Position numbers and translations under genes: made by a program. The notes under the pieces were generated by a model. That model did no database searches and was not told the DNA's origin. It saw only the letters and a program-made list of their open reading frames with translations. From contig NC_068983.1 in the NCBI RefSeq assembly GCF_001194135.2, positions 140,435,778-140,480,647 on the forward strand: DNA of 44,870 nucleotides, written 5' to 3'. Shown here piece after piece: positions 22,747-35,340 of the stretch. This DNA comes from Octopus bimaculoides. Lineage: Eukaryota. How positions within the stretch are numbered: the first letter of the stretch is position 1; each line of letters opens with the position of its first letter.

Positions 22747-23423
22747 TATATATATATATATATTCATACATAATACATTCATACATAATACATACATACA
22801 TACATACATATGTACAAAATACATTTATACACATTCACATACGCATATAAAGAGATAGTAAAACCTTTAGTGTCCTAGGGTTCAATTGAAAATATTGATT
22901 TTGAAGACAAGACACTAAACTATTCAAAAACGCGTAAGCTGTAAATAATACGGAGCGATAAACTAACAGTACTTTATTAGCAAATGGCATAATATCATAC
23001 ATTTATTATTATGTGAAGCCCATGTTCTAATGTCAGTATATTTCATAAAGCCAATAATATGAAAATTGAAACAAGTTGTACAGGACCACCATGCATCTCC
23101 TTATACGTCAATAAAATATTTTGTCCATTTACCAATATTTTTCTATCCATACCATTTCCCTATAGAAAGCAAACTCTATAAAACTATTCATTTGAGTATA
23201 TTGCGAAGACATTAAATACGTACCGTATACATTTCAAAGAATAGAAAAAAAAATCAGAAACACAATCTGGAAATTCTATTGTCCTAAGAATTAATAGAAA
23301 AACAATCAAAACACAGGAGTCCTCTACGTAAATGATGTGGAATATAATGCAGTGACATTTGTTTCGCTGTCTTCCATAATACAACCTTGGATAAAAAGAA
23401 ATAATTCCTACCTAGGATTCTTT

Positions 23424-23625
23424 TTAGTATAAGCACAAGGCTCGAAATTTCATGGGAGGGAGCTAGATATCATTGAACCGAGCGCACAACTTTTACTTAT
23501 TTTATCAGCCCCGAAAGGATGAAAGACAAAGCCGACATCGGCTGCATTTGAACTCAGAACGTAAAGCCGAAAGAAGTGCCGCTAAGCATTTTCGCCGACG
23601 TGTTAACGAATCTGACATACCACCA
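23424..23625 (-). mobile_element. tRNA-derived SINE, same family as 7808
   Basis: AAGCACAAGGCTCGAAATTT...CCCCGAAAGGATGAAAGACAAAGCCGAC...TTTGAACTCAGAACGTAAAG...GCTAAGCATTT...GTTAACGAATCTG. Confidence 0.85.
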
Positions 23626-26443
23626 CCTATTTTCCTACTTAGAACTGAAACTTCCGGTTATATATAGCCTTTCGGGACTTCAACTTACATAATGCTACAA
23701 TCCCAAAATAAATAAATTATATAACTTTCTGTTTACTAGCTATATCCCACGTTTGAAATCTTTAAATATAACATCTGGACGAGGCACAGACTAGTGTGAG
23801 TTCACAGAAACTCCTGGATGGTATAGACGCAATAATGCCATAGCAAGTGAAGCATTGTTCATCAGCCTTCAAAGCTCTCCTAGTGAGGTTTATAAAGTGG
23901 AAGTTCAGCTTGTAAATCAACTTCAAGAGGTAAATTGTAAGCAGGGCAATATCCTAGAGACTTTCGCTCAGATTTGGACGGTTTGTCGGGTAAAATGTTA
24001 CTTCAGGACTTGGCGGAAGGTACTAGACAGATCAGCATCAGAGGGAAAGGAACATATAATTTGTTAACTTGGTGGAAGGTAGTATGTAGTCAGCTAGCCA
24101 CAGTGGATTGTTTGAAGTATCTGTCAGTCATTTTACTACCCTTTCTTTTTATAGATATTATTAGTGCATTGTATGAAGTGCAATACTCGTAAATATTGAT
24201 TGAAATGCATCATGTATTCCAGTGTTACTATAATAATCGTTAAAGAGAAATTATTTTGTGCTAATCAAGTTTAATAGTATTGCAAAAATATTCTCGACTG
24301 AACTGAAAAGATGCATACTTTATTTTATTTTCCTAAAAGTTTATAAATAGTGATCTGAGAGTAATTGCTAAACAATACATTTTTAACTTAATCTAATAAA
24401 TTATTCTGTTGTATATTTTTTGACAGTCACATCAAATGTCTATTCAAAACTTGATTAAGATGCATTGGTTTATTTCACTCGGAAATAAACTATGCAGATT
24501 AGACTATATAAGTTTATTTTCTTTTATCTTGATAGGCATGAAATTGTGAACTTCAGCAAGGACAGTAGATATAGCTCCATGATTCTCTTTATTATCTTAA
24601 TATGTTCAATAATTGGACATTCTGGCCGGGCTGTGTTTTAACTATCTTGTGTTAAGTCCATTACTTAATCTGTGAAATTTTCTAAGAATGAACTGAAAAG
24701 TGGAAATGCTCAGGATCTGAACCTAAAAGATGACACTTATCTTAACACAACAGCGTATTTTTATTTTCTGGCGATATGTCAGTTATTCCATCTATATATC
24801 ACATGTACACTGCTATTACTATGAACATTAAAACTGTAAGTAATATGACTTTAACAAAAATAAAATACATAACGATTACGTTTGTGAATTAATCTTCTAT
24901 TTTTCTAATAAATATGCTGAATATTTTATATTTATCGCGAAAAAATATGGCTGTATGATTCACATAGCCACTCAAAATTAATTAGTTGTGTAATGAATTC
25001 CAACGACTTTTCTTTTGTCAACTTCAAATAGCTAACTTGGGCTCGCACATTGCTGTGTTGTATATTTTACTGGAGAATTATACAAATGACTTCAGATATA
25101 TATTTGATTTTATCCGATTTCACCATTTGAATAATATAAATGATTGTATTTTTTTTTTACCTAATCTGCAGTATATACACTGTAGGAAATGGAATTGTCT
25201 GATGTCTGTATATTTTCATAAGACATTTGTGTCTTAAGATGAAATGATTTCATGTTTGAATGTGATTTCATTAAATCGTACTCCTTGCTGATAACATATA
25301 TCTTAATATATGCCAGTCGAATACAACGAACTCTTGTGTAGTTCTGCTTTCCTTTTGGATCAGTACGCAGTCCAAATACTTTTGATGAGAATAAAATAAC
25401 TGATTTTACCATTGATGTCTTCCCCGCAAGGCGTTAATAGTGAAAGCAAAAGAAAATATTTTCAAGCAGTTATCAATGTTGCATTGAAGTTATATCTTTA
25501 GCTCAAGAGAAGTTGACGAAGATCAAATGTCTGTTTCCTTGATAAAGTACATATGGCTTATATCCCAGGATAAAAAGTATATGTATTTTCTTCTGTTTGG
25601 AAATCACTGTTTGTATAAGTCATTTGAATGTACATATGAATTGGAGTGAATGTGATTTGTAGCATTGAATAACTTTACATATCGTTAGATAAGAACATGA
25701 ATTTGAATATTATGATTAACTCGCTTTTCCTTGACTCTGTGAAGTTCCTACTCTGAAGTCACAGAAGAAATTTTTCGTGCACAGGATTTAAAACTGTTCA
25801 TGTTTTCTAGGTTTAATATCGGAATATGTAGATTTCACCTTCACTCGCTCGCTAATACAGATGTTTAATGTATCACCAAAAATGTCACACCTATGACAAG
25901 ATTATCTTTACAATGGAAATATGTACGTTAGCTGTTTTTGGGGTTTTATGTCATACAAATGTATGGATTGACAGGGAACTCCTGATTAAGAATTAAATCG
26001 AACTACTACGTAGGGCAACAAAATTGGACAAAATTGGAACACCCAAACAAAATTGGACACACACACCCAAGAAAATTGGACATAATAGCACAACCAACTT
26101 GTACCATATGCAATAAAGTCAATGAATGTAATTCAGTTCATAATGCTTGTAGTGCAGTTCAGTACCTTTATGTCTATACTCAGCATCCTATTGTGCTTTA
26201 TGGACATCTTTCGAGATTAGAGATGATCGGAGTTCTTTCATTGCAGCGAGACATTTCCCCCATTTACTACGGAATAATATATATTTTGTTTTTTGTGAGC
26301 TTCCAGTGTTCCCATTCATGGCAACTAAAACTGCTCAGTTTTCGACACCACAGGATTTTCATCGTCTTATTCACTACATAATAGATGATGATATCATCAT
26401 TTGTATTAAGAATTTGAATCTATATTTCGAAAATAATATGCTT

Positions 26444-26475
<32 letters not shown>

Positions 26476-26504
26476 CACACACACACACACACATACATAC
26501 ATAC

Positions 26505-26563
<59 letters not shown>

Positions 26564-26570
26564 CATACAC
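26444..26570. repeat. (CA)n-(CATA)n-(TA)n compound microsatellite
   Basis: Visible runs. Confidence 0.95.
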
Positions 26571-29500
26571 AGAGCAAATAAGTAACAAGGCTGTCCAGGT
26601 ATCAGTGCATTCCGGCGAGAAAGACAACAGAGCGACAGTAAATCGTGTTGAAAGTGGGAGACGAGATAAAATACAACCAGTCGCTTCAGTGGTTGGCGTG
26701 AAAAGGAAAAGAGAATAAGAGATAACGGTAACCACGCGTCATATGTAATCAGTAGAAGTAAGAAAATGGTAGAGAGCAGAGCGAGACACACAAATCTGAG
26801 AGGGAAGGGGAGAGGGAAAGCAAAAAAAAACAGAAACAAATAGTAGCACAGAGTGTAGATAGAGGAGGGGAGAAAGAAAGAGAGGGAGGTTAAAATGGTA
26901 CCTCTTCCTTCTCTGCTCCCTGTGCTCTGTGCTTCTCCGTGCCCTCTACCACTCTTCTCCCTCCAATTACTGACACGTCTCCAGTTGCCATCCTCATCGC
27001 TTACAGTTTTAATGGATGTTTTCAGGAATTTTGTAATAAATTAGTCCATTTCCAATCCTACTAAACGAAGATTAAGATTATTTTCTTTCGAGGAAGTCGT
27101 TCTGTCTTCTCTTGAGATGTTCCTTGGGGACTCGGTCATTCTTTTCTCTGCTTCAATTGACGTAAAATCACAATTTCTTATCATCATTCAGGATGCACTA
27201 AAGTAATCAGGAGTAACCAGGTGCTGAGCGAAAAAGATGGTGGTAATAGAGGAGAGTTGGAGGAGTGCATGAATTTATCGATTTCTTTCAGACCTTGTGC
27301 CAGTCATTAATTGAGGTTTTGAACTCTACCGATGAGGTGGAGGTGACGAGGATCGTACCTTCATTCTATTTATTGGACAAATTCCCTCGAAACTGACAAG
27401 TTGTAGTAATGCGTAGAGACTTGAGGTCGAATTTTCCCTCCTGCACGCGTGAAAGCCGTTTTAATGCAGTTCCTTCAGTCACAGCGCTTCTTTTGTGTAA
27501 ATCATAAATGCTTCGATCCGCATTGGCAGATTTGGAACCTTCATTTGAAGGCTCATTTTTTTCTACTTAGCACTCCATTCTCATATATCTGAAAAGAGGT
27601 AAATTTTGTTCAAAATTCTGAAAACTATAAGCATTGGAAACGCAGAACTACAAAACCTGTAGAATACTATGATAATATTACTTTTTGAAATATCATTAGG
27701 AGGAAACGAATGGATTTACCTGACAACCCAACATACAGAAAAGCTACTCCCAGTAATATTTCCACAAAGGTTCATGAGGATGAGTTTGTTAGTTAGCTTT
27801 TTGTTGCGATAGCACATTTATTTCTTATTAGATAGATGGATAATCATTGAAACAAATTACTAACTTCAGGAGAACAGAGAGCTTTAATTATATTATTATT
27901 GCATATTTTAATATATGCTGTAATATTGAAAACGTAAGATTACATTCAACTTTAAAACCAAGAGGTGATACTGTACCAGATATTTAAGTACCATTATGTA
28001 TGATTTGTAGATATCATATATCGACTGTTACATTTGGTAAATGGATGTAAAATGCTGAATGTAATTTACAATCATCGTTTGCATTTCAATTTCAGAGGAA
28101 AAAATCATCAATTAATTAAAAACGTTTTAAATATTTATAACAAAATTCACTTTGCAGGATATTAACAATCAAATGGATTAGGCCATAAATCAGTGAAGAT
28201 TTATTATACATTTAAGAAAATATAATCAAGGCAAATATTTTTGTGAATATATCTACTTAAAGACACGTAAAATTACTGAGCACTTTCACATGGCCAGCAA
28301 GTATGTTAAGAATGTCTAAAGAAAAACGAAAACAACATTTATTCCAGGTAATGAGTAACTCTTATATTTCCCTTCCTTACAGATATGTTATTCTAAAGCA
28401 ATAAATTGACTGATCCAGCCAATTTTTATTGTACAGAATTGCATTTACGAGTAATTCATAATATTTCTGCATTATTAAGATACAAGAAACTATTGATTTT
28501 CATTAAATATGGAATGAGTTGAGATATTGCAAATAAGATGATGCATGTTGCAGTGAGCATCGACCGAATGAGGCGCAACCTTACAGGAATATTAGAGTTT
28601 CAGCTTTAAGGGAAGCGTGCGAAAATATACCCCGATATATGCTAAACCTACGCTTACTTTTCTGCTATACTCGTTAATTAAGTAATCATCAGCATTTTAC
28701 GATGTTTTCTTGTTTAACAAATTTTTTAAATTCTGTATTTAAACTTAGTATATAAAAACATTTGTTGCAATAACAATTTGAAGAGGCAGGTGGCATTTTT
28801 GGATTTGATAATGATAAGAAGTACAAGTATCAATTGTATTTTGTTCATGATATTCGTGGTGTGTGATGTTCGATATAGACAAGACCATTATGAAGGTAAA
28901 TTCGAGAAAGGCGGATTCAATGTAGATTGTGTAGCTATGAAAGTGTTTAATGATTATGTCGATCTGCAACAAATTGAACTATGTGCATCAGCTACTATTG
29001 CATAAGACCTTTGTTTGAAGAAAATTCCTGCTACAGCAATGTGATTAACAAAGGGTAAATCGATTGTTTGTTCATTTCGAAGGACTCCAGCCAAAGGGAA
29101 ATACTTTGGAAATGTGTTAAAGCGGAGCACATTGAAGAGTTGCAACTAACCAATGATACGAAGTGAAAAAGGAATGTTAATCTAATATTTTTTTGTTGCC
29201 TAAAAACATTATTGAAAAAGATATGATCGAGTGAACAGCCTCGACAATGAATTTCATGCTATTCATGTGTTTGTATCAGCAATGGAACCAATTCAAATTG
29301 ATATTGAACAACTGTTTCCATAAGATACAAACACGATCACTGCAAAAGCATGTTTGTTTTATTCTAGAAAATTTCAGTTGACAGAATACTCCAACATGTC
29401 TCCGGTTAGGTAAATGTGTCAAGAAAATAGTCGATCTGCCCAGTAGTGGAAATGTGATTAGATTCATATGGTAATTGAATAACATTATGTTACAAAATTT

Positions 29501-29892
29501 TGCATAACTTTTGATTCTCCTAGTTTTTTAAGTGTTTGTTATGCAAATTCTCGCGCTGATTCCGAAACTGATCTTACTTTTTTTTTTTTTTACGAGCGAC
29601 TGTTCCTGAGATATATGACATTACGCTTATTATTAGCAAATGTGATGCTTATAGGACGGACCATCTGCTCATTTATTCACAAAATTTGGGATAGCTAGGA
29701 AAAATCTTGTTTTTGATTTAATGTAAACTTTTAATGAATGGCCAGTTAGGAGCTGCTCCGTTTTCATAGTACTCAAAAGGTATGCCAATCACTTCTTGTG
29801 TAGTAGAGAGTTGTCCATTAATGTGTATATTGATAGGATGCTAATATATTTTCTCTTTCAGCCCTTTATTATGAGTATTACTCTAAATTTTC

Positions 29893-31653
29893 TTGACCAT
29901 GGCAGAGTATTTCTCTAACGTTTGCGGATACTATGTTGGAACAAAGCATGTATCACATGAAATCGTGAAAGCTGCCGAATACCGGATCGCTACGAGATTC
30001 AACTTTGGAATGAAATTGGGTGAACAAGATAACCGTTTCCTGCCGTTCACATGTAATATGTGGAAGCTGTCAATCAAATTTAGAATGACGGTTGGGAGGT
30101 TAAATAAGAGCCATGTCGTTTACTATTCCTAGGGTATTGACGAGAGCCAAAACGCCATCACGGTGATTGCTATTTTTGCATGATTGACCTAACAAAGTAC
30201 AGACAAATTAAAGGAAGCCACGCACTTCAGTATCCCACCATAGCATCCTGTATTGCACCCGTGCCACGTGATGACAGGTTACTGGTACTGTAACCTCCAG
30301 AAAAGGTGAGAAAATCCCATCACAATGTTTTAATCGAATTAAAATTTTATATGCTAGATAAAATAATCAAAATTCAAAGGTTAAAAGAATGTAGCTCTGT
30401 TTCTGCTCATACTTTAGTTCACGTTATCATAAAATTCATACTATATTTCAGACTATAAAATTCATATTATAGTTCACGTTATCATATGCAAACATTTTAT
30501 ATTTTCAAGTAGACGATATTACGGAGGTGACATCGGGAGAGTCCGAAGGTAGCAGCCACAAAGAAATCGATGAAACGTTCAAGAATGAGCATCCACCCAC
30601 ACCTTCCAAATCAATGTGAACTGGATGATTTCACCAAGTTAGGAGCTGAATGTTTTAGTATCCAGGCTGAAATAGTGGAATTTATTCGAGGAGGACTGCA
30701 CATCAAAAGAGTACAGGAAACAGCATAAAGAATTCAAAGTATACTTTGATATTTGTGAAGACCTCTATATCTGCAAAGATATAGATGGCTTGTTTGCAAC
30801 TATTTGAATTGATCATGACCGAAACGAAAAGCGAGTTTTCTTTTTTTTCTTTTTATAGACAGCTCAACAAGAAGCCTCGAAGCAGTATTACTGCACAATG
30901 GAAATCAGTATCCATCTCAGCCTATCACATATTCCGTACAGATGAAGGAAAGGCTTCTTCAGATAATAAATTATGCGGATTATAAGTGGGATGTGTGTGG
31001 CAATTCTAAGATGCTTGCCTTCATTGCTTGGATTGCAGAGGGGATACACAAAATATTCGAGCTGATCATGAGCATTACCAGAAGTTTGAGAGGCCCGCAC
31101 GAAATGACATGCGACCAGGAATGCAAAATGTTATAAGACAATCTGTTATAGAGCCTGTCAAGTTTTTGCTACTTCCAATTTATGTAAAACTGGGTTGCGT
31201 CAAATAGTTTATGAGGGCCTTAGATCATGCTGGAGAAATTTTTCAAGAAATTCGTTTACTCTTTCCGGAGCTGAGGGAAAGTTTAAGGGTGGTGTTTTTA
31301 CAGAACAACAAATAAGGGCAATGTTGAGATAAGAAAAACTTAAAAAGGAAATGCAAGATGTCGAAAGAGAGGCATTATGTGCATATCGTGGTATAGTTCG
31401 TGGTTTCCTAGGCAACAGCAATGGTTTCAACTACAGTTGGTGACAAAGCTTATTGAGTGTTTTAAGAAATCTGGCTACTGAGTGTCCTTAAGGGTGCACA
31501 TTTGCATTCCCATTTAGACTTCTTTCCTGAAGACTTAGGTCAGGTCATTGAGGAACATTGAGGAACATTGAGAAGAGATACCAAAGAAGAAGGGGCACTT
31601 CCATGAGGAGAGACAATATATACGAGCACACAGAAAGTAAACATGGTATTTAA
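29893..31653 (+). pseudogene. Chapaev-like (CMC superfamily) DNA transposase pseudogene with probable intron 30306-30512
   Basis: FSNVCGYY...FGMKLGEQD...REPKRHHGDCYFCMIDL...QYPTIASCIAPVP..PPEK|GTGAGA; then SRLK*WNL...CKDIDGLF...FIDSSTRSLEAVLLHNGN...GLQRGYTK...LLPIYVKLG...GGVFTEQQIR...GFLGN...HSHLDFFPEDLG. Many stops and frameshifts; family assigned from recalled motifs. Confidence 0.8.
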
Positions 31654-31825
31654 TGCATTTCTAACGTAATCTCATCTACTTATATTTTGGGTTTAGCTTA
31701 AGGTGCGATGCTAAAAATGATTTTACTTGGTTGATATTGTTGCATAATGTGAATAAGGTCAATAGAGCACCACCGCAACCAAGTAGTTTTATTCCTATAT
31801 AAAACGATTAATATTTCTTAAAATA

Positions 31826-32125
31826 GGCGCCTCGAACCTTGGGCAAGTGTGTTCGACTATAGCCTCAGACAGACCAGAATCTTGTGAGTGGATTTGATAG
31901 ACGGAAACTGAAAGAAGCCTGTCGTATATATATATATATATATATATATGGATGGATGTATATGTAGGTGTGTGTGTTTGTGTGTCTGTCTTTGTACCGC
32001 CACCATCGCTTGACAACCGATATTGATGTGTTTATGTCCCCGTAACTTAGCCGTTCGGCGAAAGAGACAAACAGAATAAGTACTGGGATTACACAGAATA
32101 AGCCCTGTGTCGATTTGTTGGTAGG
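31826..32125 (+). mobile_element. SINE (CORE-like domain, internal microsatellite), head largely deleted
   Basis: ACCTTGGGCAAGTGTGTTCGACTATAGCC...GTGAGTGGATTTGATAGACGGAAACTGAAAGAAGCCTGTCGTA-(TA)n/(TG)n-...CGCTTGACAACCGAT...CCCGTAACTTAGCCGTTCGGCGAAAGAGAC..AGAATAAGTACT matches an abundant octopus SINE as I recall it. Confidence 0.8.
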
Positions 32126-34084
32126 TAAAATCTAAGGTTATTTTTGTAATCAAAAGAAAAACACTGTGAAACATTGAACAAAATTTAGAAAAACAATATT
32201 GTTGTTACACAGTGTAATTCAAATATAGTCTCGAATGTACTTGACTCATTTCTAAATTTACCACCAAAGTACAATATGTAGCAAAGAATCTTTAGGAGAG
32301 AATGTTTATCACTTTATTAGATAATTCCTAACTTTTCGTTCCGAATCGGAACTCGTATCAATTGTAGAACACACATATTACAGAGAAATGTGCAATCATA
32401 AAAAAAAAAACACCGAAAATAATCAAGCGAAGCACGAGATAATCGGAGATAAAATGTAAGAACATTGTTAAAAGATGAAAATATTTCTATTCACTGGACA
32501 CAAAACTCTTAAGTTGCTGAAATTTTTTCTTACTATCAGTAATATTTATCCAACATACATTGAAACAGAGAGACCATTTCTGCGTTAGGGAATTTCGTTA
32601 CAATTTTGGGATCAAGTTCGAGCGGCAACAGCATTAAGGCTAAACATTTCTTGAAGTAATATCTTTCGACATTTTTTTTTTGTTTTTGTACTTTGCAAAA
32701 TCTACCTCTTCTCGAAACTGCAAGTCTTTTATTAGGCGTCTTTTTTCTTTTGATCGAAATTTGTTTTGTTCATGTTTATACATTTCTCATCTCCACATCT
32801 CCAAATTATGCGAAATATGTTGTTTTTTTTCGGACATTTATTTAGAGCATCCAAAATATTTAAAACAAAATCAGAAAACAAACGAACATACGTTCTTAAG
32901 TATGTTAAGCGAATATACATTTTTCAAATTCATACTCTTAGGATATAATAAATCTCATCATTATTGGAAAAATAACAAATTTAAATTTTATTGATTGTTT
33001 ATTTTAATTTTAATGTTTATTATGTATCCTGTGTTTTGTCTGAAAATGGCATGATTTTTGTGAAAAGTGTATGAAAAAGTACTCATTTTCTAAATGAATA
33101 CTGAATAGCAACTTTGTAAAATAAAATTAGCACGTGTTCAAATAAATTGGTTCTTCGCTTAATTATATTTACCATTCATTGAGAGAATAAAGTACGTAAA
33201 TACGCCAACACATAATCTCTTCACTACCCGTATTCACGCCGATACTGGAGCAATAAATTAACACACAGTCGCACATATTCGATGAAGATGAGAGAAAATT
33301 TCAGTTTTCTTTTTAAATTATCCATGAAGTAAATGAAAACAAAGTGTTGTATAATTTAATTGACCTTATATTTAGAATGTACTTAACACGTTTGAGAAAA
33401 TTATTGCTCTGTACCAATGGTTGTTATGAATTATTTTTATGCTACTGATTTTACGTCTCTTTTTGTTTTCTTTCTCAGTAATCATCACGTAAGTATATGT
33501 TTTCATGATCAGTTTATTCCAACTCATCAGTTAACCTAATCAACATACACATTGCATGAGGAGTAAGTTTAGTTTCTAATTCATTTTATCTTATTTATTT
33601 GGTTTTGTTTCTCTCCATAAGTTTAAGAGATCCTCAATGCAAGTCAAGTTCTACGCAGAAAGTAAATAATCAATTGAATATGTTGTTACTTGAGAATCAA
33701 TTGTGTTAGATTGAAACTAAACGTATCACCATTTGTCAACGTGTACATTCTTCTAATATATGCAAGAATAGCTCTTAGTTATTCATTCATAAATCAGTTA
33801 GATGCACTGAAGTTCATACATGTTCCTTATAATTTTGGTTATAATGAACTTGTATATATAAAGAACGTTACTAATATTATGGCTTCAAATGTCAAATAAA
33901 CAAATTACTAAATTTGTAATGTCACATGGATCTGCAATATATCTCACTACGTTTTTAGTGAAGTATGAATTTCACTGTTAGAAATAAAATATTAGAAACC
34001 TTGTACATTAAGGAAAATGCCGGAAACGTTATAAAATAAACAAAATCAGGCTAAACAGGTTATCTGCCTCAACAGCTCCTTTAT

Positions 34085-35340
34085 AGGATTCAGTGGCTAA
34101 AGACATCATCAAGAAGAACCACGTCCGGTTTCGGCCCCTACTCCGCTATCGTTTCCGACGTGGCACTCCCCACCACACCTTTCAGAGGTATCGTCAGCTC
34201 TGGTGTTGAGTGCGTTTTTTCTTTCTCCTTTTTTATTTTGTTCTGAGGTTTCTTTGATGCAGCGCCAACGAATATCAGCGGGCGAATAACCATCCTACCA
34301 AATAACCCTTTAAATACTTGCCGGTAGGCTGCAGCAGCCAGCACCAACTAACTGTCACGTGACACTATCTAAGATTCAACTGACTCATGGAGGAGAAGTG
34401 CACGTACTTCTAACCCACGCCCTCTCTAAACCTGCCTTCCAATAGTGTCCTGTTAGTTTCAGTTTCACCAGCCAGATCCGACCAGCTGTTTGGTGGGACA
34501 AGCCTTCGAACCACGAAGAGGGTGCGTTATGAACAAGATCGCTACCGTGTCCCACCTGTCAATCAGCGATTCTGATTCAGTGTCAGCCAGCCTCACCTAG
34601 GTACGCTATTTCCCAGTCGGTATGCTATGGTATTCAAGCCATTTTGGGTCTTCTCGCTGCAGCCATGTATAGAAGCTGGCTTTTTCGACTGCCTCCTGTA
34701 TCTTCCTTATTAATTTGTCCAGCTCTGAGCTCGAAAATGCAAACCTTCTTTGAAATAGCGTTGCCATTTTCCTTTCAATGAAGCCTCTAGCCGCCACTGC
34801 CAGGTGATAATACTCGACAGTCCATTCCTGTTTTTCGCACTCTTCGATTAATCTCTCATACCTCTTCTTCCGTTGCTCTGCATTAGCGATGTTCTCTTTC
34901 TATGGAATTGTCAGCTCTAACAAAAAAATCCATTTTTCCATTCAGTGTTCCACAGGATTAAGTCCGTTTTATTTTTTTTGGTTTCTATGAGTGGAAATAT
35001 TGACAGTCTTTCCAAATTCGCGGCCAGCTCCCAGTATCCCTTCCATCATTCCTCTGTCTCGTATACTTTATTTGAAGGCCTGGCCATCTTTTCCCTCCTT
35101 CTGCTAATATATTTTTCCGCTTTTTACCAATTTTGGGTACTCTTTCCTATCACATACCTCGAGCTTCTTGAGTGCAGCATTTACGACAACGAGGACTTGA
35201 TCTTGACACCGAAAATTAAGTGTTTGAATTTTATCGGATGGGACCTTATGTACCTCTTGATACGATTCTAGAATAGCAAAGTCTACCTGGTACAAAACAT
35301 AAGCAAAAGTTGACAACGAATTCTCCGGAGAAATAGCCGA
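34085..35340 (-). mobile_element. HERO-like RLE non-LTR retrotransposon 3' fragment with ~520-nt 3' UTR
   Basis: QDQVLVVVNAAL...WIFLLELTIP*KENIANAEQRKKRYERLIEECEKQEWTVEYYHLAVAARGF...IQEAVEKASFYTWLQREDPKW (track ORFs 35104-35316 and 34606-34797). ELTxPWE / xARGF / AEKASxxxW are HERO-type RLE motifs as I recall them. Confidence 0.8.

Noticed and set aside
23740-24190. Overlapping ORFs 23855-24067 and 23974-24192
   Set aside because: No recognisable domain or convincing splice context; probably old TE debris.
28090-28400. Plus-strand splice-like sites (TTTGCAG|, CCAG|GTAATG, CCTTACAG|)
   Set aside because: The implied intron is only ~33 nt and no coherent reading frame results.
32493-32540. 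CACTGGACACAAAA as a second Chapaev-like left end
   Set aside because: No matching right end or coding remnant found.
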